DNA of 64,000 nucleotides from Candidatus Aenigmatarchaeota archaeon (GTDB taxonomy: Archaea > Aenigmatarchaeota > Aenigmatarchaeia > QMZP01 > QMZT01), in NCBI GenBank assembly GCA_041489155.1, contig JBGPQP010000001.1:32001-96000 (forward strand), given 5' to 3'. How positions within the stretch are numbered: position 1 is the stretch's first letter; every line of letters starts with the position of its first letter. Shown here piece by piece: positions 8,941-17,924 of this stretch. The notes beneath the pieces were generated by a model that was not told the origin of the DNA, ran no database searches, and saw nothing but the letters and a program-made list of their open reading frames with translations. The position numbers were made by a program, and so were the translations under genes.

Positions 8941-9255
8941 GCAGGGGGCCTCCAACTGCGGGGCTAGGCCTACCGCACCTTCGGGTGGCAAACGGTCTTC
9001 ATGGCCGGTTGTAGTTTACGGGTGGCTTTGCGAGGACTGCAAGCCCAGTCCTGCCAACTGAGAAGCCTTGTCCTGCAGGATCATCTTCATAGTGAACCGG
9101 GTCAGGGTCGGAAAGTTTCGCACGTTCCGCGTGCGTGCCCCGAAAGACAGCAGCCCTAAACCGTGTTGGTGGTGCTTGCAGGGTTACAGGGTGGAGAAGG
9201 CGGACCGGATAACTTCCAGCTTTTCGTAAAAGTCTAACGTTAACACGCCTCCTGC
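8941..9255 (+). ncRNA. ffs: Archaeal signal recognition particle (7S) RNA with a 32-nt insertion/putative intron at 9114-9145
   Basis: GGGCTAGGCC 5' motif; helix 5 pairing (GTGGCTTTGC/GCAGGGTTAC, TGCCAAC/GTTGGTG); SRP54-binding helix 8 motif GAACCGGGTCAGG...AGCAGCCCTAA; terminal stem 8941-8949/9247-9255 followed by a T-rich tract. Core about 8956-9219. Confidence 0.9.
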
Positions 9256-9323
9256 TCTTTGTTATATTTCCGTAAACAAGCAGCAATTCTCGGATTTTTT
9301 ATAGGCGATGACAATATTTTAAT

Positions 9324-10202
9324 ATGCCTTCCTTTTACAGAAAATTGTCCCTCGTTCTTTTCGGGGGTCTGGTTGAGAAGAACATCGCTTCGTTCAAGCC
9401 GCTGGAGCTGCATATAAGAAATGCCAACATGAAAATCCTTCTGAAAACATGGATAAGCATGCTGTTTATGTCGACGTTCATTTCTTTCTTCGTTTCATTC
9501 ATTCTGATTTACGTGCTCCTGAGCTACATCGTCCAAGTGGAATTCTACATATACATATTCTGCATTATATTTTTCCCGGTCTTCGTTGCATCACTGGTTT
9601 TCATATTTTTTTACCTGTATCCGGTCGAAAAGGAGAGGTCAAGGCAACGTTCAATAGAAAATAACATGCCCTTTGCCATCACGCATATGGCGGCTATTGC
9701 CTCATCTGGAATACCAACCGAATTCATGTTTGAGTTATTGACTGGCTTCAAGGAGTACGGGGAGATATCACAGGATTCGAAGCTCATAATGAGGAACATA
9801 AAAACATTCGGCATGAGTTCGATCGATGCCTTGAAGGACATCGCCGATAGAACGCCTTCCCAGAGCTTCAGGGAGCTTCTGCTGGGCATAGTCTCAACTA
9901 CAGAGTCAGGAGGGGACATGGTGGAATACCTGCATGAGATGTCCGAGAGGGCCTTGTTTGACTACAGGATAAAAAGAGAGAGGTATATGAAAACGCTTTC
10001 CACATATGCAGACATATACACCGCGCTTCTTGTAGCCGCGCCTCTGATGATGCTCTCAATGCTTGCGACCATGAGCATAATAGGGGGAAGCGTGATGGGG
10101 CTTACGATAGATGAGATGATAATGCTGATTACATGGGTCATGCTGCCGTTCCTCAATGTAGCTTTCATTGTATTCATTCATATCACATATCCCGGTGTGT
10201 AA
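9324..10202 (+). CDS. Type II secretion system F domain / TadC-like pilus platform membrane protein
   Basis: IENNMPFAITHMAAIASSG, YGEIS, RTPSQSFRELLLGIVSTTESGG; multiple TMs. Confidence 0.9.
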   Translation: MPSFYRKLSLVLFGGLVEKNIASFKPLELHIRNANMKILLKTWISMLFMSTFISFFVSFILIYVLLSYIVQVEFYIYIFCIIFFPVFVASLVFIFFYLYPVEKERSRQRSIENNMPFAITHMAAIASSGIPTEFMFELLTGFKEYGEISQDSKLIMRNIKTFGMSSIDALKDIADRTPSQSFRELLLGIVSTTESGGDMVEYLHEMSERALFDYRIKRERYMKTLSTYADIYTALLVAAPLMMLSMLATMSIIGGSVMGLTIDEMIMLITWVMLPFLNVAFIVFIHITYPGV

Positions 10203-10203
10203 A

Positions 10204-11061
10204 ATGGAAATGAGCAAAAACGTTATGAACGAGGTGTTTTTTGTAGCGATAGGCATCTTGATACTGATGCTCAATTTCTTTGTAATAATCAATATATTCC
10301 CTTTCATATCACCGCTTTTCAACGTCCTCGGCGCCATGGTGGCTATAGTGCCGCCGTTCCTTATTTTCTATGGAAGATACAGGGTAAGCAAAGAGATAGA
10401 GGAACAATTCATAATATTCATAACCGATCTGACAGGGGCGATAGATTCCGGTATGACCCTGCCCATCGCCTTGAAGCATGTTTCAAAGAAAGACTACAGA
10501 TCGCTGACGCCTTACGTAAAGGAGATAGAAGGCAAGGTCGAGTGGGGCATTCCTTTCGAAAAGGCACTGAACATATTCTCGCATAAAGTGAAGTCAACGC
10601 CCATTAGAAGATCTGTCAGCACGATAATAGAAACGTACAAGGTGGGCGGCAAGATATCAGATACGTTAAAGGCAATAGGTCAGTCGCTTATCGAAATAAA
10701 CAAGATAAGGCAGGAACGTTCCACTTCTGTCCAATCGCAACTTGTTACGTCATACATGATATTCTTCGTTTTCATATTCATCCTTCTTATTCTGAAGAGC
10801 TTCCTGATCCCGTCACTGGGCAGCATGCAGATGTCACCAAGCTTGATGGAGGAACAGGAAGAGACGCAAACTATGCCAACAGAAATCTACAACCAAACTT
10901 TCGTGAATTTTATACTTGTTCAGGGCTTTTTCGCCGGCCTTGCCACGGGGAAGATGGCAGAGGGCTCGGTGGTCGCCGGCATTAAGCACAGCATCGTTTT
11001 GATAGTGATAGGTTATACGGTTTTCTCTGTTCTCGGGCAGTTCCAGCTATCAATGTTTTAA
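10204..11061 (+). CDS. Type II secretion system F domain / TadB-ArlJ-like pilus platform membrane protein
   Basis: IEEQFIIFITDLTGAIDSGMTLP, VEWGIPFEKAL, QGFFAGLATGKMAEGSVVAGIKHS. Confidence 0.9.
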   Translation: MEMSKNVMNEVFFVAIGILILMLNFFVIINIFPFISPLFNVLGAMVAIVPPFLIFYGRYRVSKEIEEQFIIFITDLTGAIDSGMTLPIALKHVSKKDYRSLTPYVKEIEGKVEWGIPFEKALNIFSHKVKSTPIRRSVSTIIETYKVGGKISDTLKAIGQSLIEINKIRQERSTSVQSQLVTSYMIFFVFIFILLILKSFLIPSLGSMQMSPSLMEEQEETQTMPTEIYNQTFVNFILVQGFFAGLATGKMAEGSVVAGIKHSIVLIVIGYTVFSVLGQFQLSMF

Positions 11062-11105
11062 ATATTCATCTGTAGGAATAAGTAATATTACTCAAGTGTG
11101 ATGTT

Positions 11106-11312
11106 ATGGGAAGAATAAAAACGACCCCGATAAAAACGCTCGGCGACCAGCTCATAAGAGAGCACACCGACAAGTTTAGCGTTGACTTTGAAAAGAACAA
11201 GGTTGTGCTGGGAGATTTAAAAGAGATAAAATCGAAGAAGGTGAGGAACATACTTGCTGGTTACATAACCAAGGAAATGCAAAAGCTGAAGAAGAGCGAC
11301 GTGAGTGTATGA
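11106..11312 (+). CDS. rps17e: 30S ribosomal protein eS17
   Basis: MGRIKTTPIK...FSVDFEKNK...SKKVRNILAGYIT. Confidence 0.96.
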   Translation: MGRIKTTPIKTLGDQLIREHTDKFSVDFEKNKVVLGDLKEIKSKKVRNILAGYITKEMQKLKKSDVSV

Positions 11313-12403
11313 AGCTTGAAGACGTGATAGAAAACGCATTCATGGTAAAGCCGGAAGAAGCGTTGTCGCAAGTGGCCTCAAGAATGGCAAACGAAAAGAA
11401 ATATGAGGCTTTCGTTTTTGACAAAGAACTGAAGGGCATCGTAACCCTTGACGACATAGTCAAAAAAAGAGTCAGCGAGCCGCAGAAGATGAAGATTTCA
11501 TATCTCATGAAGCCCGTGACCGTTTTTTCAGTAGAAGCGCCCGTCGAAGACATAATGAATTACATGTTGGTTAGTGAGCACAGGTCTTTGCCCATCGAGA
11601 AAGACGGTAAGATATACGCGATAACAAAACCTAAGTTGCTCAAATTCGTAAAAGACGAAATTTTTGCCGGTAAAAAAGCAATAGATGTAATGCAGAAAAC
11701 ATACTGCGCAAGCACCAACGACACGATATCTACTGTTGCAACAGTAATGCGTGACACGGGCGTTAACAGGATACCCGTTGTAGACGAAGAGGGCAGATTC
11801 GCAGGCCTTGTCGACAGCCTCAGCCTGGCAGGCATGCTTGTAGGCAGGGAGAGATCGCAGTTCGGCGAGAGGGATGGAGAAAAGGTGAAACTCGGCAACG
11901 TGGGTGTCAGCACGTTCCTAAGGACTGATATACTGAAGGTCTCGCCTGAAACCGACCTCAAACAAATCGTCAAGAAAATATCCAACGAGGATTCATGTAC
12001 CGCTATAGTAGAGGAAAACGGAAAGCTCATGGGCATGATAACAATAAAGGATATTTTCAAGCTGATAGGCAAATCGCTCGAAACCGTGTACATAAGAGTT
12101 AGCGGTCTCCATGACGAAGACGAATTCGTAAGAAATAAGATAGACGAGATGATAGAGAAGACCATAAACAAATTGCTGAAAACAGTCAAGGTGACTTACG
12201 TGGCACTCCATGTCGATACCCACAAAAAGAAGGTGAGGAGAGACGAAAGAATGAAATATTCGGTGCATGGCAGGCTTGTCACAGACAAGGGTAACTTCTA
12301 CGCGAGCGATTACGAATGGGAGCCGACGAAGGCAGTTAAGGTTTTTCTTGACAGAATAGAAACCGAAGTTCACAGACAGATAGAAAAGACAAGAGGCTAT
12401 TAG
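11309..12403 (+). CDS. Four-CBS-domain protein fused to a C-terminal HPF/RaiA-like domain; candidate ribosome hibernation factor
   Basis: Two CBS pairs (HRSLPI, VNRIPVVD, MGMITIKDI); C-terminal IRVSGL...KIDEMIEKTINKL...ALHVDTH...YSVHGRLVTDKGNFYASDYEWEPTKAVKVFLDRIETEV matches the HPF beta-alpha-beta-beta-beta-alpha pattern. Confidence 0.75.
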   Translation: MKLEDVIENAFMVKPEEALSQVASRMANEKKYEAFVFDKELKGIVTLDDIVKKRVSEPQKMKISYLMKPVTVFSVEAPVEDIMNYMLVSEHRSLPIEKDGKIYAITKPKLLKFVKDEIFAGKKAIDVMQKTYCASTNDTISTVATVMRDTGVNRIPVVDEEGRFAGLVDSLSLAGMLVGRERSQFGERDGEKVKLGNVGVSTFLRTDILKVSPETDLKQIVKKISNEDSCTAIVEENGKLMGMITIKDIFKLIGKSLETVYIRVSGLHDEDEFVRNKIDEMIEKTINKLLKTVKVTYVALHVDTHKKKVRRDERMKYSVHGRLVTDKGNFYASDYEWEPTKAVKVFLDRIETEVHRQIEKTRGY

Positions 12404-13869
12404 AAAATATTTTTACCTTCAAAAAATTCATCAATCTTCTGCGGTAAATCCTTTATCTTGATTCTTATCTGCTTCATTGAGTCCCTTTCACGAAGGGTTA
12501 CATCGTGTTTATCGACCGATTCGTAGTCGATGGTTATGGCCAGCGGAATGCCAAGCTGATCATATATTACGTAACGCTTTCCTATCGACTGCTTTTCATC
12601 GTATCTAACCTCATATTTGGTTTTTAGCGTCTCGTATACTTCCCTCGCTTTCACGTCAAGCCCGTCCTTCCTGACTAGCGGAAGTACTACGACGTCGAGC
12701 GGTGCAAGGCTGCGCGAAAACTGCAGGACAGGTTTCCCGTCCCTTTCTGAAAGCGAGTTTTCAAGGATGGAATAAAATATGCGATCGAGTCCCATTGAAA
12801 GTTCAAAAACGTGGGGGATGAATTTCTCCTCATCTTCAACGACCGAAAGATCTGTTCCGGAAACTTTTGAATGCGATGCCATGTCGTAGTCAGTCCTGTA
12901 GTTACATGCCACTAGCTCTAGCCATCCCACGCTGGTTTTTACCTCGAAGTCCCATGTCTCCTTCGAATAAAACGCCCTCGCATTTTCCTCAAGCTCACGG
13001 AAGCGCATGTCCTTCGGATCAAAGCCGCACTTCTCGAAAAACTGCTGGGTTACGGCAAGATAATAACCGATGAGTCTGCCGGACACTGTTTTCTTCTCAA
13101 CGGCTTTTTCAAGCGTGATGGATTGCGTTTCCTTTCCCATGAGCTTAAGCCTGAGCTCTAAGTTTTTGTATTTTTCAAATTCCGGGACATCATCTATCTT
13201 CTTGGGGTTGAAGAAAACTTCGGTCTCCAGCTGCGTGAATTCCCTCGAGCGAATCAGGCCCTGTCTGGGTGAAATTTCGTTCCTGAAGGATCTCCCGGCC
13301 TGTGAAATGCCTAGCGGCAGAGAAACCCTTGCAGTCTTGTATATCTTCTGGAAATCGGTAAATATGTTTTGGCATGTTTCAGGCCTCAGGTAGGCGTTCT
13401 TCTCGGCGGTGAGGGGACCAATAGAAACGCCGATCATCATGTTGAACTTCTGCACTTTTTCCAGTCTGCCTTTACACTCCGGGCATTTTACAGCGTGCTT
13501 TTCTATAAGTCCGTTGAACTCAGAGGGTTCCATTGCCTCCGGTATTGTTTTTCCGGCAACTTCCTCGATAAGCTTGTCTGCCCTGAATACCTTCCTGCAT
13601 TTGGAACACTGCACCAGAGGATCAACGAAGTTCTTCAAGTGACCTGACGCCTCGAAATTTTTTCTGGGGAGAATAAGACACCCGTCAATTTCCAGAGAGT
13701 CAGTTCTGCGGACGATTTCCCTTCTCCAGAGGTCAATGATTTTCCTGCGCATTACTGTCCCAAGGTGGCCGAAATCCAGAAAACCGGCCAGTGCCGAGTG
13801 TATTTCAGCGGTGGGAAAAAACAAACCGCGTTGATCGGCGAGCTCCTGTATACGGGCGAACTTATCCAT
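12400..13869 (-). CDS. glyS: Glycine--tRNA ligase (alpha2, archaeal/eukaryotic type)
   Basis: YLRPETCQNIF, FRNEISPRQGLIRSREFTQLE, PHVFELSMGLDR, anticodon-binding SIGKRY. Confidence 0.96.
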   Translation of the reverse strand: MDKFARIQELADQRGLFFPTAEIHSALAGFLDFGHLGTVMRRKIIDLWRREIVRRTDSLEIDGCLILPRKNFEASGHLKNFVDPLVQCSKCRKVFRADKLIEEVAGKTIPEAMEPSEFNGLIEKHAVKCPECKGRLEKVQKFNMMIGVSIGPLTAEKNAYLRPETCQNIFTDFQKIYKTARVSLPLGISQAGRSFRNEISPRQGLIRSREFTQLETEVFFNPKKIDDVPEFEKYKNLELRLKLMGKETQSITLEKAVEKKTVSGRLIGYYLAVTQQFFEKCGFDPKDMRFRELEENARAFYSKETWDFEVKTSVGWLELVACNYRTDYDMASHSKVSGTDLSVVEDEEKFIPHVFELSMGLDRIFYSILENSLSERDGKPVLQFSRSLAPLDVVVLPLVRKDGLDVKAREVYETLKTKYEVRYDEKQSIGKRYVIYDQLGIPLAITIDYESVDKHDVTLRERDSMKQIRIKIKDLPQKIDEFFEGKNIF

Positions 13870-13913
13870 GAAAATCACATATAAATTTATTATGATTGTT
13901 TAAATAAGATAGT

Positions 13914-14576
13914 ATGCCAAGGAAGAGCTCTTTGAAAGTCGATTTTCACGTCCACTCCGATGTTTCGAGAGACAGTGATATGACGCCTAGAACCATAATA
14001 AGTTCCGCAAGGAAAAACGGGCTCGATGCGATAGCCGTCACCGATCATGATACAATAAAAGGCGCGCTAGAGGTTCAGAAAATCTCAGATGGTTTGGTAG
14101 TTTTCGTTGGAGCAGAAATCAAAACCAAAAGCGGCGAGGTCATAGGTCTCAACCTTAAAAAAGACATCGAAGCAGGGCTTTCCCTTGAGGCGACATGCAA
14201 AAGGATAAAGGAACAGGGGGGGTTCCTGATCGTCCCTCATCCTTTCGATAGATTCAGGAACGGCATCGGCAAGGCTATAGAAAAAATTGTAAATTACATA
14301 GACGCGGTCGAAGTTTTCAACGCAAGGGTATTGGTAGACCGCTTCAACGAAGAGGCGATGGACTTCGCAAAAAAACACTCCCTCCCGGTTGTCGCAGGCT
14401 CTGATTCTCATTTTGTCAATGAAATCGGCTCTGCCTTCACTCTGGTTAAGGCTAACAAAAGCAGGGATGGCATACTAAGAGCGATAAAAAACGGTTATGC
14501 GGAAATAGGCGGCAAGAAAACAGGCGTACTGCCCCACTGGAAAACCTTTGTCACGAAAATGGGCAAAAAACTTTAG
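13914..14576 (+). CDS. PHP domain metal-dependent phosphoesterase
   Basis: DFHVHS, AVTDHDT, PHPFD, EVFNAR, GSDSH. Confidence 0.9.
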   Translation: MPRKSSLKVDFHVHSDVSRDSDMTPRTIISSARKNGLDAIAVTDHDTIKGALEVQKISDGLVVFVGAEIKTKSGEVIGLNLKKDIEAGLSLEATCKRIKEQGGFLIVPHPFDRFRNGIGKAIEKIVNYIDAVEVFNARVLVDRFNEEAMDFAKKHSLPVVAGSDSHFVNEIGSAFTLVKANKSRDGILRAIKNGYAEIGGKKTGVLPHWKTFVTKMGKKL

Positions 14577-14582
14577 CTTTGC

Positions 14583-15614
14583 TTACGGTATGTTACTTAT
14601 ATTTTTGGTTATGTTTTCAAGGCCTGCCTCTAGTTCCTTTTTCAAATCGTCCAGTGTTTTGTACTTCTTTAGTTCTTCTGTCAGGTTGTCCACCGGTTTT
14701 TTCAGGTCTTCAGGCATTTCCCTCATGACGTTTTCCCTGTATTCACCAATCATGTTTGCAATTTGATCATTGGCTTCTCCAACAATCGGTATTATGAGGA
14801 CCGCGAACGATATAATGACAATCGGCAGCAGCAGATACTCCAGCACTATCATGTTGCTTATCTTGTGAACCTCTATGTCCATTTTCTTGAAAAGAAGCAG
14901 TATAAAAAGCGGTATTAACACCAGAAGCGTCATGCTGAGCGGGAAACCGTATTGCACGAAGGATATAGCATAAGAAAACGCTCCTACAAGGCAGATAGTC
15001 GCGAACAGTTTTTTGTTGCTTTTTATGATGCTACCTGTAAATTTGAATTTGTATATAAGATAACTGGCAGTGTAAACAATCGAAAAAACGAATACTAGCC
15101 AGAAGGGGAATTTGGCTATATCAGACGTCAGCGCGAACCAGCCGCATGAAAATTTCAGAAATTCGATAGCCGTCATGTTGACAGCGGTTTTTTTCAGACC
15201 TCTTTTAAATCTGGTGTATGGGGATGAATGGAGAAAGTTGAGGAACAGCATTCCGGCAACCATCAAAAAAAACCATTGACTAACAAGCAAGGAAACCGAC
15301 AAACCGGTGATTACGAAAATGAGGGCAAGTATTTTCGCTGCTCTTTCGCTCAGCATCCCTCCTGCCACGAGCTTCCATTTGATCTTTTCAGCATCTTTCT
15401 TGTCCTCATGATAATCAACCAAGTCGTTGTAGACATAGACATAAGAGTAGGCTAATAGAAAGCCTGCAAGCGAAATGATAGCGACAAAAAGATCAGGTAT
15501 CCCCATTACGAACCAGTAAAGCAAAATACCCAAAGAGAACTGGACGATGTTTTTGGGTATGCTTATAGTTATGCTGTTGAAAATTATTTTTTTAGCGCGA
15601 CTCATTATCTGCAC
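14583..15614 (-). CDS. UbiA family prenyltransferase-like membrane protein
   Basis: [13 protein letters not shown] (NDxxDxxxD), multiple TMs, HSSPYTRFK; helical C-terminal extension. Confidence 0.75.
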   Translation of the reverse strand: MQIMSRAKKIIFNSITISIPKNIVQFSLGILLYWFVMGIPDLFVAIISLAGFLLAYSYVYVYNDLVDYHEDKKDAEKIKWKLVAGGMLSERAAKILALIFVITGLSVSLLVSQWFFLMVAGMLFLNFLHSSPYTRFKRGLKKTAVNMTAIEFLKFSCGWFALTSDIAKFPFWLVFVFSIVYTASYLIYKFKFTGSIIKSNKKLFATICLVGAFSYAISFVQYGFPLSMTLLVLIPLFILLLFKKMDIEVHKISNMIVLEYLLLPIVIISFAVLIIPIVGEANDQIANMIGEYRENVMREMPEDLKKPVDNLTEELKKYKTLDDLKKELEAGLENITKNISNIP

Positions 15615-15617
15615 CCA

Positions 15618-16367
15618 TCATTTCTCTTTAACCTTTCTAGCCTTTATTATTATTGTCGAGGCAAACGTTACTTTTCTGGCAAATGCAGAATCAACGCTGT
15701 TCCATAGCTTTTCCTTCCATTTCTTGCGCGAGCCGTCCGCCAGTATAGGGCTGCCTGCGAATTTCTCGACTGAAAACCCATTGAGAGCGAGCAGATCTGA
15801 AAGCGAGCGTTTTGTGAAGGCGTGTATGTGTCCCACGCCTTCTTTCACGAAGGGGTTGCCCGTGTAAGTCCGCAGGGAGGATTCGATCCATGTGGGCATG
15901 TAGCCAAGGAAAAGGAAGCCACGGTTGTACCAAGAAGCTATGTTCGGGACAGTGATAATTATATAACCGTTGGGCTTCAGCACGTTGCTTATGTTTTCAA
16001 GCAGCTTCTCTGTGTCGTACATGTGCTCCAGCACGTCGCCGCAGAAAGCGGCATCGAACGTGTTTTGGGGGAAGGGGAATTTGCCCCTGTCAAGATTTAC
16101 CACCTTCGCTTCTATATGCTTCTTCCTTGCATCTCTTACTGCGTTTTTGCTTATGTCCAGGCCGCAAACCTTCGCGTTTGTTTTCTTGGTTATAAGACTG
16201 GAAATGAAGCCGTCACCGCAACCGATATCGATTATCCTTCCGCTGTCGTGCTTTTCGAACATATCCAGAACTTTCTGTATCTTCCTTTCCTGTATTCTGT
16301 AGTACCTCTCGGCCTCTTTTACGAATATGTTAGAATAGAAATACCTGTTGTATTCGTTCGTGTCCAT
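15618..16367 (-). CDS. Class I SAM-dependent methyltransferase
   Basis: IIDIGCGDG, FDAAFCGDVLEH, LKPNGYIIITVPN. Confidence 0.9.
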   Translation of the reverse strand: MDTNEYNRYFYSNIFVKEAERYYRIQERKIQKVLDMFEKHDSGRIIDIGCGDGFISSLITKKTNAKVCGLDISKNAVRDARKKHIEAKVVNLDRGKFPFPQNTFDAAFCGDVLEHMYDTEKLLENISNVLKPNGYIIITVPNIASWYNRGFLFLGYMPTWIESSLRTYTGNPFVKEGVGHIHAFTKRSLSDLLALNGFSVEKFAGSPILADGSRKKWKEKLWNSVDSAFARKVTFASTIIIKARKVKEK

Positions 16368-16418
16368 GTAAAGATTTGTGGTCTAACAATTATAAAAAAG
16401 GAATCTCATTATTAATTT

Positions 16419-17924
16419 ATGGACTTGCAGAAAATTCTTGAGAGTCTGAGTCCCGTTGAAAGAAAGGTGCTGCCTTTTCTAAAGGATGGGCTTGAGTTGA
16501 GAGAAATCTCGAAAGTATCGAAAACCGAAGGAACAGAAGTTATGCGGGCTCTCCAGTGGCTTGAAAATAAGGGGGCCGTCAGGGTTAAAGCCTCGCCAAA
16601 GGAAATCATTGATCTGGGGGATAACGGCAAAATTTATGCTGACATCGGCCTTCCTGAAAAAAGATTCCTTGAAGTTCTTGCAGGCAAGATGGAGCTGGAC
16701 GCGATAAAGAAGGCGACCGGCCTCGACGACAATGAAATAAGGATCTGCCTTGGCCTGCTTAAAGCAAGGTATGCGATTTCCATAGACGGGAATGAAGTAA
16801 AACCGACAAGCGAAAGGGACCGCGTTCTGCAGCATGGTTTCCCGGAAGAAGCCTTGCTGAAAAAACTCCCGAAGGGTTTTGATGATCTCAGCGAGGATGA
16901 AAAATCAATGGTCAGCAGACTTATCAAAAGAAAGGACATCGTGAAAAAGGACATCGCCAAATTCAGGTATGTGGAACTAACAGAACTCGGCAAGAAGCTG
17001 GCAAAAGAAAGGGTGATGAAGGCTGATCTTATCGAAAATCTTACGCCACAAATGCTGAGGGAGAGGAAATGGGTCGGTAAGGGGTTCAGAAGGTACGACA
17101 TAAAAACCAGCGTACCTAGGCTTTACGCCGGCAACAGGCAGCCTTACAGCGAATTTTTGCAGGGTGTACGAGAGAAACTGGTTTCGCTGGGCTTCAGGGA
17201 GATGGATGGCCCCATAATCGAGCTTGAATTTTTCAACTTCGATTCGCTTTTTCAGCCGCAGAATCACCCGGCAAGGGACTGGAGCGCGACTTACAGGATA
17301 AAAGAACCCAGATATGGCATTCTCCCGGAAAGGGGGCTTGTGCTCGCCGTCAAAAAGGCGCATGAAGGCGGTATTGACGGTTCAACAGGATGGAAATATA
17401 AATGGGATGAAAAGATTGCCTCACAACTGATGCCGAGGGCGCATGACACTGCAATTTCGCCGAGATTCCTTGCCAAAGGCGTGGAAATACCCGGGAAATA
17501 CTTCAGCCTAGTACGCTGCTTCAGGCCGGACGTTATTGATGCCAAACACGGCGTTGAATTCAACCAGCTGGGAGGCTTCGTAATAGACGAGGATCTTTCA
17601 TTCCGGCATCTCTTGGGTCTGCTCAAAAATTTTGTTTTCGAAATCACGGGCATAGAGGATGTAAAATTCCTCCCTGACTATTTCCCGTTCACCGAGCCTT
17701 CGGTTCAGGTGTCAGCGAAACATCCGGAATTCGGCTGGATCGAGCTTGCAGGCGCAGGAGTATTCAGGCCTGAACTCACTAAACCGCTTGGTGTCAACGA
17801 ACCTGTAATAGCATGGGGTTTCGGCCTTGACAGGCTTGCAATGATGAGGCTGGGAGTAGGAGACATACGCAATCTCTTCTCCAATGATATGGAATTCCTT
17901 AGAAAAGCAAGGAAGGTGCTCTGA
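16419..17924 (+). CDS. pheS: Phenylalanine--tRNA ligase alpha subunit
   Basis: NFDSLFQPQNHPARD, RCFRPDVIDAKHGVEFNQ, YFPFTEPS, WGFGLDRLAM. Confidence 0.97.
   Translation: MDLQKILESLSPVERKVLPFLKDGLELREISKVSKTEGTEVMRALQWLENKGAVRVKASPKEIIDLGDNGKIYADIGLPEKRFLEVLAGKMELDAIKKATGLDDNEIRICLGLLKARYAISIDGNEVKPTSERDRVLQHGFPEEALLKKLPKGFDDLSEDEKSMVSRLIKRKDIVKKDIAKFRYVELTELGKKLAKERVMKADLIENLTPQMLRERKWVGKGFRRYDIKTSVPRLYAGNRQPYSEFLQGVREKLVSLGFREMDGPIIELEFFNFDSLFQPQNHPARDWSATYRIKEPRYGILPERGLVLAVKKAHEGGIDGSTGWKYKWDEKIASQLMPRAHDTAISPRFLAKGVEIPGKYFSLVRCFRPDVIDAKHGVEFNQLGGFVIDEDLSFRHLLGLLKNFVFEITGIEDVKFLPDYFPFTEPSVQVSAKHPEFGWIELAGAGVFRPELTKPLGVNEPVIAWGFGLDRLAMMRLGVGDIRNLFSNDMEFLRKARKVL

Noticed and set aside
8941..9255. 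Circularly permuted SRP RNA as in Thermoproteus
   Set aside because: The helices occur in normal order and I could not build a BHB joining the termini.
8999..9286. 95-aa minus-strand ORF
   Set aside because: Antisense to the SRP RNA; no protein features.
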